Source: Candidatus Undinarchaeota archaeon (GTDB lineage: Archaea > SpSt-1190 > JASMDC01). From it: 64,000 nucleotides of DNA. Where the stretch lies: assembly GCA_964519305.1 (NCBI GenBank), contig CAZFHY010000001.1, positions 186,132 through 250,131 on the forward strand, given 5' to 3'. The first letter of the stretch is position 1; each line of letters begins with the position of its first letter. This document shows positions 17,325 to 26,680 of this stretch, one piece after another. Under the pieces are notes generated by a model. That model did no database searches. It was not told where the DNA came from and saw only the letters and a list, made by a program, of their open reading frames with translations. The position numbers were made by a program, and so were the translations under genes.

Positions 17325-18605
17325 ATGTCGTGGGGCAAGCTGAACGACGGCCACACCATCGGCATGGAGAAGGAGTTCATTATCGTCGATTCCAGCGGTA
17401 ATCCTGTCGACTGCACATCGATCGAGAACGCGTGCAATGACGACCGCATCAACCATGACTACCCGTCCGCTCTCGGATTCAGTGTATGGGGCATCGAGAT
17501 CAACTCGCACCCCTACGACAACCTCACTGAGCTGAACACCGAGATGAAGGAGATGGTGACGAAGGTCCGTGACGAGGCCACCAGCCGCGGCTATAAGCTC
17601 ATGACCGCGGCACGTCATCCGGACAAGGGCGGATACATGGCCATGCACACACATGTCGGTGCTGCCGACGACCGTGAAGCGCTTTTCGTCACCAAGGCCC
17701 TTAGGGCCCATCTTCCCGAGATCATCGCGCTCGCCTCTAACTCACCGAAGAAGACCACGCTCGGTAAGTGGTGCAAGGACGGTCGCATGTACTCGACCAA
17801 CATGGGCGGTACCCAGTACGGCCGCAGCGTACCCGACGACCCGGTGGTGTACGGTGACGAGGACAGGGCCCATCGCGAGGTGCTGAGCTTCAAACGTATC
17901 CGCTGGGACGGCCGCGGTGTCGTCATCGCGGGCGAGAAGGACTCCGACCGCCTTAAGGGAACCATCGAGGTCCGCTGTCCTGATGCCCAGCTCACGGCCG
18001 AGGAGGACGTGGCCGTGGCCGCGTTCATCTGGGGCATCGCTGAGTACGCCAAGAAGGAGCTGGCCAGCAAGAACTACGACTGGTCCGAGCTCACCGAAAA
18101 AGAGCACGAGCGTGACGACCTGCAGAACCAGCTGGACCAGGTCTACCATGCCGGGATTTTCTCGGCCATGGGTCGTGGCATCCGCAAGTTCTTCGGTAAG
18201 GAGACAACGGGCGACCAACAGTACGCCCAGCTCAGTTCACAACTTGACACAGCGGACGCTTGGCTGGCCGAGAACCGTCCGTCCTACGATATCGCCATGA
18301 CCAATAAGGAGCTCATGGATAACATCGACAAGGTGGGCTACAGCGGTATGGAGGGCACGATCGCCTATTCAAGCGGCGGTCAGGATATGAAGGTGGCCGC
18401 CAAGGACTCGATAAAGGAGACATACGAGAAGATCAAGCCGGTCCTCGACGACCTCAAGATACCAGACGATGTGCGCGAGCGTCTCGAAGCACGGGTGTAC
18501 GGCGGCCGCTCCGGTGCCGACGTCCAGATCGATGCCGTGAACGACGGCGAGGACCTGACTTCCTATGTCATCGAGAAATCAACCAATATGGAGTATCTGG
18601 TGTAA
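17325..18605 (+). CDS. glutamate-cysteine ligase family 2 (YbdK-like) carboxylate-amine ligase, divergent copy 0
   Basis: TIGMEKE, GIEINS, MHTHVG, ALASNSP, GTIEVRCPD and SGAD. Has an extra helical-hairpin insertion. Confidence 0.85.
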   Translation: MSWGKLNDGHTIGMEKEFIIVDSSGNPVDCTSIENACNDDRINHDYPSALGFSVWGIEINSHPYDNLTELNTEMKEMVTKVRDEATSRGYKLMTAARHPDKGGYMAMHTHVGAADDREALFVTKALRAHLPEIIALASNSPKKTTLGKWCKDGRMYSTNMGGTQYGRSVPDDPVVYGDEDRAHREVLSFKRIRWDGRGVVIAGEKDSDRLKGTIEVRCPDAQLTAEEDVAVAAFIWGIAEYAKKELASKNYDWSELTEKEHERDDLQNQLDQVYHAGIFSAMGRGIRKFFGKETTGDQQYAQLSSQLDTADAWLAENRPSYDIAMTNKELMDNIDKVGYSGMEGTIAYSSGGQDMKVAAKDSIKETYEKIKPVLDDLKIPDDVRERLEARVYGGRSGADVQIDAVNDGEDLTSYVIEKSTNMEYLV

Positions 18606-18607
18606 TC

Positions 18608-19867
18608 ATGATCGAGTACAGTGATACGGACAGGGACATCCTCGACTGCCACGTCCACATGGGGTGGGACGCCCCGGACGGTGTCGAGACACTGACCGCA
18701 CCGTACACATGGGAAAACATGGCCGAGGTCCAGGCCAAGCTCGGGTACGACCACGCCAAGGAGAAACAGGCACAGCGGAGCCTGACACCCGAGGAGATCA
18801 TCGAGGCCATGGACGCGGGCTACGGGCCGCAGAGCCAGTGCAACGTGTTCCCGTTCAACGAGGGCGACCGGAACGTGCCGGACCCCAACGGAGTCCTCAT
18901 CCCATTCCACTATGCCAACGACCGAGTGCTGTGGGCGGCCAACGAGTACGAAGGTCGGTTCCATCCGTTCTGCCGTGTGGATCCCAACGGGACGGGCTCG
19001 GAAGGACCCTACGCCGCGGTGTACGAGGTAGTACGGTGCCGTCTGGAAGGCGCCGAGGGGCTCAAGCTCCATCCCAGGGCGCAGAAGTTCGCCGCCGACT
19101 CGGACGAGGCCGCTACCGTGGCACGCGTGGCGGGTGCCCTTGGTATGCCAGTTCTCCTCCACTCTCAGGCCAGACCCGACCTAATCGAGCAGGATAATCC
19201 GGAGGACGTCATCATGTGCGAGCCCTACCGCATGGGCAAGCTCGCAGAGAAGGCGCCGGACACCACGATCATCATCGGTCACTCCGGTTGCGGTGGGAGC
19301 TCCCGTGTCGTTTCGGCGAGGGCACGCACCGCTGCAGTTACCCAGGCGGCTGATGTCGCAGCATCTCATGAGAACGTATACCTCGACCTTTCTATCACCA
19401 TGCCGTTCTCTCTGGAGGATAATGAGGTGGAGAAGCCCGAGGACGTCGGGAAGTACACCCTCGGCCTCACTGACATAATCCTTTCACGGCACCAGGAGTA
19501 CGAGGGGCGCATACTCTTCGGCTCCGACCTGCCCTTCGCCAAGATGAGCTCGTCCCTGCGCACATACGAACGCGTGGCCGGTAGATACGGCATCGCCGGT
19601 GACGAGGACGGTGCGATCAAGGCGGGCACAATGGAGTCGCTGTTCGCGCCGATGGAGGATACCCCGGTCCAGGAGATCGCAGGCATCGTCCGTGACTACA
19701 TCGAACAGCACGAGCCGTTCTGGAACCGCAGGGCCAAGCAGCTGTCCCGCGAGCTAGAGCAGGTCGCCACGGTCGAGGAGCTCGAAGGCGCGCTCTACAA
19801 CTATGTTCAGGACACGGGAAAGGCCGAGGACCTACCGGGCGGGCAGCCGGTACCGGTCAAGGCATAG
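18608..19867 (+). CDS. metal-dependent TIM-barrel amidohydrolase (Amidohydro_2)
   Basis: DCHVH, PFCRVDP, GLKLHP, PVLLHS, IIGHSG, NVYLD.S and LFGSDLPF. Confidence 0.9.
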   Translation: MIEYSDTDRDILDCHVHMGWDAPDGVETLTAPYTWENMAEVQAKLGYDHAKEKQAQRSLTPEEIIEAMDAGYGPQSQCNVFPFNEGDRNVPDPNGVLIPFHYANDRVLWAANEYEGRFHPFCRVDPNGTGSEGPYAAVYEVVRCRLEGAEGLKLHPRAQKFAADSDEAATVARVAGALGMPVLLHSQARPDLIEQDNPEDVIMCEPYRMGKLAEKAPDTTIIIGHSGCGGSSRVVSARARTAAVTQAADVAASHENVYLDLSITMPFSLEDNEVEKPEDVGKYTLGLTDIILSRHQEYEGRILFGSDLPFAKMSSSLRTYERVAGRYGIAGDEDGAIKAGTMESLFAPMEDTPVQEIAGIVRDYIEQHEPFWNRRAKQLSRELEQVATVEELEGALYNYVQDTGKAEDLPGGQPVPVKA

Positions 19868-19873
19868 CGTCCC

Positions 19874-20371
19874 TTACGGGATCGACGGCTCGCACCATTT
19901 GTACGAGTCAACGCACTTGAGCATGTTTCTATCCGTGCCCGGAGGACAACCACCATCGGGTTCGAGTAGGTAGCCGCCCTGCTCCATGGACCCCACCGAG
20001 CTCTCGCAGCAGCTGGAGCCCTTACATTGGTCCCTGAGCTGCTGGTAGTAGGTTGCCGGGGAGGCTGACACTGCGCTTCCTGCTGGTGACGAGGGACCTG
20101 GTTCACACCATTTGTACGAATCCTCGCACCTGAGCATGTTCCCGTTCGTGCCCACAGGACACCCGTTGGACGGAGATAGCGTTGCATTGGTACTGTACAT
20201 CGAGTCAACGGATGCCAGGCAGCAGCTAGAGCCCTTGCACTGATCCGCAAGCTGCTTGTAGTAGGGGGGAAGGTTCGTTGTGGAGGCTCCTCCGGAAGGT
20301 CCGGAGGAGAGGCACCCCGCCACTAGGGCGAGCAGGAGCATCAGGCCTACGATGCGGTGCTGTGTGACCAT
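19874..20371 (-). CDS. Cys-rich lipoprotein with two tandem 6-Cys domains
   Basis: Lipobox LVAGC. Two copies of YY.QL.DQCKGSSCC.SSV.SM...GCP.GT..NML.C.DSYKWCEP. Confidence 0.8.
   Translation of the reverse strand: MVTQHRIVGLMLLLALVAGCLSSGPSGGASTTNLPPYYKQLADQCKGSSCCLASVDSMYSTNATLSPSNGCPVGTNGNMLRCEDSYKWCEPGPSSPAGSAVSASPATYYQQLRDQCKGSSCCESSVGSMEQGGYLLEPDGGCPPGTDRNMLKCVDSYKWCEPSIP
19886..20263 (-). repeat. internal duplication, period 213 bp
   Basis: Repeat starts at 20263 and 20050 on the minus strand. CACCATTTGTACGA is shared at DNA level. Confidence 0.85.
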
Positions 20372-20418
20372 CGAAATCGTAGGACAAGGCAACAATAAAA
20401 GGCTTAGGGCAGGGCAGC

Positions 20419-21240
20419 TCAGTGGAAGATACTGGAGAGGAAACCGGCTACGGAGGAGCCACTCTTATCAGGATCAGGCTGCTGCATGTCCAGGTCGTAC
20501 AGGTCAAGCTTCATGTCGTTGGGGAGGTCGCGTTCTTGCCTGACGGACACCTCGTCGAACTCGTCGCTGCCGGTCCGCCGGTTCACCTCGACGCCACCAT
20601 ACCAGTCCTCATCGCCATCACAGCGGACGTGATATCCGCCGGACCGGACCACTGCAGCGCTCTCGATGAAGTGCTTCCCGTTAGCTACCAAGAACTGCAG
20701 GTCGAGGTCCTCGACATCCTTACCCGACAGTTCGTAGCACGAGTGGTCATAGCAGATCTCCAGCCCCATAGAGAGCCCCCGGTGCTCGAGCACACCTCGA
20801 CTCTTCTCAGCTTCATATTGAAGACCATGCTGCTCGGCGACCCAGTTCTCCCCGTTCGCGGGATTCTGCTTGTCGTAGGAGTAGATGATCTCGCCCTTGT
20901 GGAACACGGGGAGGGTGTTGTGGAGCTTGCCTGCCTCCTGCCAGACGTAGGTGCCCGGGAGAAGGAGGGTATCAGGGTGTTCCTCAGAGATCTCGCGCAT
21001 CTGCTCGAGTCGCTCGTCCTTCTCATCGCGCGTGAGGGGCACGTTGGGGAAGAAAGCGTACTCGGAACCCACGAGGACGTCCGGATTCGCCTCCAAGGCC
21101 GCAGATATCGTGTCCTGGTACGCGTCCATGAAGGACTCGTTACGTGGGCTATAACGATCGAACGGTACGTCACCCTGGATGAGACCGACAGTGATGTGGT
21201 CAGGTCGATCATCACCCGTCACATCTTCAAGGGTGTACAC
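20419..21240 (-). CDS. carbon-nitrogen hydrolase (nitrilase superfamily), copy 1
   Basis: Glu-Lys-Cys triad: GSEY, YDKQ, GLEICYDH. Confidence 0.87.
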   Translation of the reverse strand: MYTLEDVTGDDRPDHITVGLIQGDVPFDRYSPRNESFMDAYQDTISAALEANPDVLVGSEYAFFPNVPLTRDEKDERLEQMREISEEHPDTLLLPGTYVWQEAGKLHNTLPVFHKGEIIYSYDKQNPANGENWVAEQHGLQYEAEKSRGVLEHRGLSMGLEICYDHSCYELSGKDVEDLDLQFLVANGKHFIESAAVVRSGGYHVRCDGDEDWYGGVEVNRRTGSDEFDEVSVRQERDLPNDMKLDLYDLDMQQPDPDKSGSSVAGFLSSIFH

Positions 21241-21338
21241 GGTCCGTCACGTCCTCCGGCCAAAAGGCCATAAAGGTCGATTGATATACTTTCCCTTGCG
21301 GACCATCGGCCCACGTTCTCAAGTGGACTGGGTGAGTA

Positions 21339-22106
21339 TCACGCTATGTCCAGTTCGTAGAGGTCGAGCTTCATGTCATGGGGGAGCTCGCTCACGCGTC
21401 CGGGCTCGACGATATCGTACAAGTAAGAACCGACACACTTGCGCACCTCGACACCATGGTAGCAGGAGCTGTCGCTGCCATCGACTCGAAGATGGTATCC
21501 TCCCTCCCTGACCATCGTGGCCGTATCGATGAATTCCTTTCCGTTGGCAACCAGCACCTGAAGGTCGAGGTCCCTGACACCCTTGTCCCGCAGCGTATGT
21601 GCTGAGTGGTCGTAGCAGATCTCCATCCCCATGGAAAGACCTTGGTAGTCGATGACACCTTCGCTCTTCTCGGCGGTGTAAACCAAATTGTGGTCGCTCT
21701 CCATCCAGCGCTCGGCGTTGGCCGGGTTCTGCTTCTCATAGGTGAACACCAGCTCGCCCTTGTGGAACACGGGGAGGGTATTGTGCAGCTTGCCCTCCTC
21801 CTTCCAAATGTAAGTGCCGGGCAAGAGTAGAGTGTCCGGATGCTCCGCTGATAGCTGGCGCATCACATCGAACCGCTCATCACGCTCCTCGCGGGTGAGT
21901 GGCTGACGGGGGAAGAAGACGTACTCGGCGCCTACGAGAATGTCGGGCTCGGTCTCCAGGGCCGTTCCGATGGCGTCCTGATAGTTGTCCATGACGGTCT
22001 CGTCCCGGGCCCCACTGCTGGAGAACGGTACGTCAGCGTCGAGGAGGCCGACCGTTAGATGGTCGGGCCGTTCATCAGCGGACTCGAGCTCGTACATCGA
22101 TCGCAA
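21339..22106 (-). CDS. carbon-nitrogen hydrolase (nitrilase superfamily), copy 2
   Basis: GAEY, YEKQ, GMEICYDH. Close paralog of copy 1 (shared HPDTLLLPGTY.W...GKLHNTLPVFHKGE). Confidence 0.87.
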   Translation of the reverse strand: MRSMYELESADERPDHLTVGLLDADVPFSSSGARDETVMDNYQDAIGTALETEPDILVGAEYVFFPRQPLTREERDERFDVMRQLSAEHPDTLLLPGTYIWKEEGKLHNTLPVFHKGELVFTYEKQNPANAERWMESDHNLVYTAEKSEGVIDYQGLSMGMEICYDHSAHTLRDKGVRDLDLQVLVANGKEFIDTATMVREGGYHLRVDGSDSSCYHGVEVRKCVGSYLYDIVEPGRVSELPHDMKLDLYELDIA

Positions 22107-22180
22107 CGCTCCTAATCCACGACACCTGAGGCCCGCCTAATAAACATTCCCTTGTGGGATCGCGAGGGTGGAAAAAGCAC

Positions 22181-23251
22181 CTACTCGCGGTGCGCGATGC
22201 GTTCGTACAGCTCCGGCCCGAACAGGTCGTCCTTCTTACCGAAGAACCGCTTCACCCGCGGCCACCAACCGTCGAGTCCCTTTTCCTGCTCCACTTCGCG
22301 GTAGATGTCGAGCACATCGTCCGCCCCGGAGCGACGTCGCTCCACCTTGTCCTCTAGGGTCGCGAGGACGTCCGCGGGGCAGTCGTAGCGTTCGAGGTAT
22401 GGCTTGATCGTCTCGAGGGTCTCTGTCGCCAACTGGTACGCGGGGACCTCTTCTCCGTTCACCTTGAACACGGCCGCCATGCCCTTCTTGATAGCCTTGT
22501 TCCTGTTCTTCACCAGCTCTTTCTGCAGTACCTTGTAAGAGCTGCTGACATGGTACAGGATGCCCGCCTCGGGAGGCTCCTCGACAAGGGCGTGGTACTC
22601 CTCCTTGGCCTTCTCGGCGATACCGAATATGTAGGCGGCGATGGCCGCGTCCTCCACGGCCGTCCCCTGCGAGTCCATGCACCGCGCCTCGATGGTTCCC
22701 GACCTCTTCTGGATCACCGAGCTGCTGGAGGTGCTGTAGTACTGCGTAATCTCGTGGCCGTACCAGCTCTTGATCAAGCGTACATCCTTGATCCTCCCGC
22801 TCCGGACCGGGGAGTTGGCCGAGAGGGCCAGGATGTCGGGAACGTGGCGCTGGAGCGCGTAGAACACGTAGCGGGCCTCCTCCTCATCGGCATATCCGAC
22901 ATGGACATGGAGCCCTGCCTTGTCACGTGACTGTCCCGGGCGTATACCCATACCCAAGGCGTAGCAGTTGTTGTCGTCGGCCTCCTCCTGGGCTATGCGG
23001 TAGGCGGTTGTTATGTCGTCGGTGAGCTGTCGCAGGTCCGTGCAGGGACGGGTGACCACCTCTAAGGGCCCCGAACCGTCCTCGTAGCACTTGGGACCCA
23101 CGGAGACGTCGTAGGCGTCCATTTCCGCTTGCATTCGGTCGACCACGGTGCGCTCTAGGGTTGACTGGATGGAAGTGCCACCGTACCTGTCGACCACATA
23201 GAACTCCTTCTCGAGACCCACGGAGTGGCCCTCATTGAGAACCTCGGTCAT
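22181..23251 (-). CDS. GCS2/YbdK-like carboxylate-amine ligase, copy A
   Basis: NEGHSVGLEKEFY, GPLEV, AGLHVHVG, ALSANSP, TIEARCMD, RSGADD. Start MTEVLNEG chosen by alignment to the paralogs. Confidence 0.87.
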   Translation of the reverse strand: MTEVLNEGHSVGLEKEFYVVDRYGGTSIQSTLERTVVDRMQAEMDAYDVSVGPKCYEDGSGPLEVVTRPCTDLRQLTDDITTAYRIAQEEADDNNCYALGMGIRPGQSRDKAGLHVHVGYADEEEARYVFYALQRHVPDILALSANSPVRSGRIKDVRLIKSWYGHEITQYYSTSSSSVIQKRSGTIEARCMDSQGTAVEDAAIAAYIFGIAEKAKEEYHALVEEPPEAGILYHVSSSYKVLQKELVKNRNKAIKKGMAAVFKVNGEEVPAYQLATETLETIKPYLERYDCPADVLATLEDKVERRRSGADDVLDIYREVEQEKGLDGWWPRVKRFFGKKDDLFGPELYERIAHRE

Positions 23252-23255
23252 TCTC

Positions 23256-24305
23256 TTAGGACCCCCCGTCATCCCGGTGTGCGAGCCGTTCGATGAGCCG
23301 TTCCTTCGTTCGCCAGGGATGGAAGAACGCGCTAACGCGCTCCTTGAACCCTTTTGGGGCCATCTCCTGGTAGATGTCGAGGATGTCGTCCGCTCCGGAC
23401 CGCTTGTTCTCTACCTTGTCCTCCAGAGCAGAAAGGACCTCCTCGGGGCACTGGTACTGCTCGATGTAAGGCCGGACCTCTGCGAGTGTATCGGTAACTA
23501 TCTGGTGTGCAGGGACTTCTCCGTCCCCTACAGTGAACGTAGCTTTCATCCCGTCCTCAATCGCGTTGTAGAAGTTATCCTCGCTCTCGACCGGTACTTC
23601 ATGCACGGAGCAACCGTTGACAAAGTCCTCCTTGGCCTTCTCGGCGATACCGAGGATGTAGGCGGCGATCGCCGCGTCCTCCACTGCGCTCGCCTGGCTG
23701 TCCATGAACCGCAGTTCCAGTGTGTTCTCGCGAACGTAGATGACCGAGTGGCGTGATGTGTCTTCAAAGGGATCGAACTGTTGACCGAACCTGACCATGA
23801 AGAGGCCGTCCAGACCGCGTGCGTCCATGCGCATGTCCTTGACCTTACCGTCGTACGAGGGAGAGTTGGTGGACAAAGCCATGATGTCCGGGACGTGCGC
23901 CTGTAACGCCTGGAACACGTAGCGGGCCTCTTCCTTGTCGGCGAAACCGATGTGCACGTGCAGCCCTGCCATGTCGTATGGTTTGCCTGGCCGGGTACCC
24001 ATCCCAAGAGCGTACCAGCCGTGAGCTTCTGCTTCCTCTTGGGCTATCGTGTAGGCGGTCGTGACATCGTCGGTGAGCTGTTGCAGGTCCGTGCAGGGGC
24101 GGGTGGTCACCTCAACAGGACCTGTGGTATCGTGATATGCTTTCGGGCCGACGACCGAGTCGTAGGCGTCCATCTCCTCGCGCATGCGCTCCTCTACAGC
24201 AGGAACTATCTCGTATCCCCGACTACTGCTACCGTGGCCATTGACCACGTAGAACTCCTTCTCCACGCCCACGGTGTGGCCGTCGTTGAAGGTGGGAGCG
24301 AGCAT
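23256..24305 (-). CDS. GCS2/YbdK-like carboxylate-amine ligase, copy B
   Basis: GHTVGVEKEFY, GPVEV, AGLHVHIG, ALSTNSP, TLELRFMD. Confidence 0.87.
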   Translation of the reverse strand: MLAPTFNDGHTVGVEKEFYVVNGHGSSSRGYEIVPAVEERMREEMDAYDSVVGPKAYHDTTGPVEVTTRPCTDLQQLTDDVTTAYTIAQEEAEAHGWYALGMGTRPGKPYDMAGLHVHIGFADKEEARYVFQALQAHVPDIMALSTNSPSYDGKVKDMRMDARGLDGLFMVRFGQQFDPFEDTSRHSVIYVRENTLELRFMDSQASAVEDAAIAAYILGIAEKAKEDFVNGCSVHEVPVESEDNFYNAIEDGMKATFTVGDGEVPAHQIVTDTLAEVRPYIEQYQCPEEVLSALEDKVENKRSGADDILDIYQEMAPKGFKERVSAFFHPWRTKERLIERLAHRDDGGS

Positions 24306-24308
24306 CCT

Positions 24309-25373
24309 TCAGGCACCCCCGCTGTTAGCCTGCTCGCGTTCCTGCGCCTTCCACTCACGCTGGTGGGCAAGGTCGCTGTAGAGCGCCTTCTTCCTGCTCC
24401 AGAATGTGAAAGGAGTAGCGAGCGTCTGCAGTAAGCCCTGTGGTCGGTGCTCGGAATAGATATCGAGGATGTCGTCGGCTCCCGAGCGTCCGCGTACGAT
24501 CTTGTCCGCTAGTATACCGATTATCTCCTCCGGACAGTCGTACTTCTGAAGGTAGGGGAGGATCGACACGAAGGTGTCCTGAGCGACGTCCTGCACCGGC
24601 CGCGTTTCATCACTGTATGTGAACTTCGCTGCCATACCGTCCTTGATCGCCTGTTCATGGTTCTTGATCTCGTCGCCGAACCGGTCAGAAACGCCTTCGC
24701 CGTTCGCGTAATCGACCTTGGCCTTCTCGGCGATGCCTAGGATATAGGCCGCGATCGCTGCATCCTCTTCTGCTGTTCCCTGTGAGTCCATGCAGCGTAC
24801 TTCCAGTGTATTGCCGCGTTTCTTGATGACCGAGTCGTTGCTGGTCGTGCTGAAGGGGGAATAACGTTGGCCATACGAACGGTTGGCTGCTCGCATGTCC
24901 TTGATGGAACCGTCCTTGTTGGGCGAGTTCGCCGATAGTGCCATGATCTCGGGTACGTGATGCTTGAGAACAGTGAATACGTACTCCGCCTCTGCCTCGT
25001 CACTGTAGCCCACATGGACGTGGAGCCCGGCCTTGTCGTTAGGTATCCCAGGGCGGGTCCCCATCCCAAGAGCGTACTTACCACGAGCCTCCACTACTTC
25101 TTGCGCGATGTCGTAGGCAGTCGTGATATCGTTCGTGAGCTGGTTGAGGTCCGTGCAGGGGCGGGTAACTACTTCCATAGGACCGGATGCATCGAGATAA
25201 GCTTTCGGACCTACATCGTCATCGTATGCACCCATCTCCTCACGCATACGGATCCCTATACTGGATGCGATATCCATCTCATCCCGAAGGTGGAGATAGC
25301 CGTTGCGTCCGTGGTTCACAATGTAGAACTCCTTCTCGAGCCCTACCGAGTGTCCCTCGTTGACGATATCCAT
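24309..25373 (-). CDS. GCS2/YbdK-like carboxylate-amine ligase, copy C
   Basis: GHSVGLEKEFY, GPMEV, AGLHVHVG, ALSANSP, TLEVRCMD. Confidence 0.87.
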   Translation of the reverse strand: MDIVNEGHSVGLEKEFYIVNHGRNGYLHLRDEMDIASSIGIRMREEMGAYDDDVGPKAYLDASGPMEVVTRPCTDLNQLTNDITTAYDIAQEVVEARGKYALGMGTRPGIPNDKAGLHVHVGYSDEAEAEYVFTVLKHHVPEIMALSANSPNKDGSIKDMRAANRSYGQRYSPFSTTSNDSVIKKRGNTLEVRCMDSQGTAEEDAAIAAYILGIAEKAKVDYANGEGVSDRFGDEIKNHEQAIKDGMAAKFTYSDETRPVQDVAQDTFVSILPYLQKYDCPEEIIGILADKIVRGRSGADDILDIYSEHRPQGLLQTLATPFTFWSRKKALYSDLAHQREWKAQEREQANSGGA

Positions 25374-25404
25374 GTTGCTACTGAAAAGTGGTGATAGCTC
25401 GGCC

Positions 25405-25414
25405 TATATTTAAA
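25405..25414 (-). promoter_or_regulatory. TATA box upstream of copy C (likely drives C-B-A)
   Basis: TTTAAATATA on the minus strand, ~32 nt upstream of the ATG. Confidence 0.6.
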
Positions 25415-25482
25415 CGTTGCGTTTACGGTGTGCGGTTTTGACCCACAATCAGTGGAACGGTCCGGAACGGTCGTTCGTGAGG

Positions 25483-26595
25483 TCAGGCCGCTGCTAGCAT
25501 AGGGCGCATCGGGATGAAATCCTCGGGCTCTTCCTTGAACTCGTCGCGGTAGGCAAGGTGCTTTATGAGACGCTCCTTCTGCCCTTCCTTTCGCCTGAAC
25601 GGAGCGATGAGCCTCGAAAGGAATCCTTGGGGGAGTTCCTCCTTGTAGATGTCAAGGATGTCATCAGCACCCGAACGCCTGCCGTCGATCTTTGATTCGA
25701 GCACGTCGAGCACATTCTTGGGACACTTGTACTGCTTAAGGTAGGGCATGATCTCCTCGAAGGTATCCCCCACTATCTGGTAGGCCTTGACCTTCTCGCC
25801 GTCGACCTTGAAGTTAGCCTTCATGCCATTTCTGAGGGCGCGGTCGAAGTTCCGCTCCTCCTGCTTCCCCACATCAGCGATGGGGACGCCATTGGCATAA
25901 TCCTCCTTGGCCTTCTCAGCGATGCCGAATATGTAGGCTCCGATGGCCGCATCCTCTTCACCCGATCCCTGCGAGTCCATGCACCGCACCTCGATGGTAT
26001 GCTCGCGCACGTATATCACCGAGTGGCGACTGGTGTTCCAGTAGGGGGAGAAGTCATGTCCCCAGCGTGACTGGAGCCCGATCAAGTTCTCCTCGATCCA
26101 TCCGCCGACGCCGCCGGTCTGGCGCATGTCCTTGACGGTGCCGTAATCGTTCGGCGAGTTGGCGGAGAGAGCCATTATGTCCGGTACGTGCTTTTGCAGG
26201 GCGTGGAACACGTACTGCGCCTCGCCCTCGTTGGCGAATCCCACGTGGACGTGGAGCCCGGCGCAGTCGTTCGACTTCCCGGGTCGCGTCCCCATCCCCA
26301 GAGCATAGAGGCCGCGCGTATTGGCTTCCTCCTGGGCGATGTCGTAGGAGGTGGTGATATCCTTAGTGAGCTGGCGTAGGTCCTTGCATGGACGAGTAGT
26401 GATCTCTAGGGGTCCGGAGGCGTCCTCGTAGCATTTGGGGCCCCAGTGATCGTTATAGGCTCCCAGCTCGTCCTTCATGCGCCCGCCGATGCTGGCCACC
26501 ATGCTACTGTAGCTGACGTCCTCGTTATTCCCATCGACGACGTAGAACTCCTTCTCAAGGCCAACACTATGGCCATTGTTGAGGATATCTTCCAT
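25483..26595 (-). CDS. GCS2/YbdK-like carboxylate-amine ligase, copy D
   Basis: GHSVGLEKEFY, GPLEI, AGLHVHVG, ALSANSP, TIEVRCMD. Confidence 0.87.
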   Translation of the reverse strand: MEDILNNGHSVGLEKEFYVVDGNNEDVSYSSMVASIGGRMKDELGAYNDHWGPKCYEDASGPLEITTRPCKDLRQLTKDITTSYDIAQEEANTRGLYALGMGTRPGKSNDCAGLHVHVGFANEGEAQYVFHALQKHVPDIMALSANSPNDYGTVKDMRQTGGVGGWIEENLIGLQSRWGHDFSPYWNTSRHSVIYVREHTIEVRCMDSQGSGEEDAAIGAYIFGIAEKAKEDYANGVPIADVGKQEERNFDRALRNGMKANFKVDGEKVKAYQIVGDTFEEIMPYLKQYKCPKNVLDVLESKIDGRRSGADDILDIYKEELPQGFLSRLIAPFRRKEGQKERLIKHLAYRDEFKEEPEDFIPMRPMLAAA

Positions 26596-26643
26596 GTACC
26601 CAGTTCCCCTGTTGTTACCCGCTAGTGGTTGCAGGTCAGGTCC

Positions 26644-26651
26644 TATATAAA
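26644..26651 (-). promoter_or_regulatory. TATA box upstream of copy D
   Basis: TTTATATA on the minus strand, in the intergenic gap. Confidence 0.55.
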
Positions 26652-26680
26652 CATTACGAAAAAAGGGCAGCGGACAGCGT

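Noticed and set aside
16311-18605. Simple glutathione biosynthesis operon (gshA + gshB)
   Set aside because: A GCS2 plus an ATP-grasp could superficially fit, but the ATP-grasp looks RimK-like, and this reading does not explain six extra diversified ligases, three hydrolases or the amphipathic tags. Not fully excluded.
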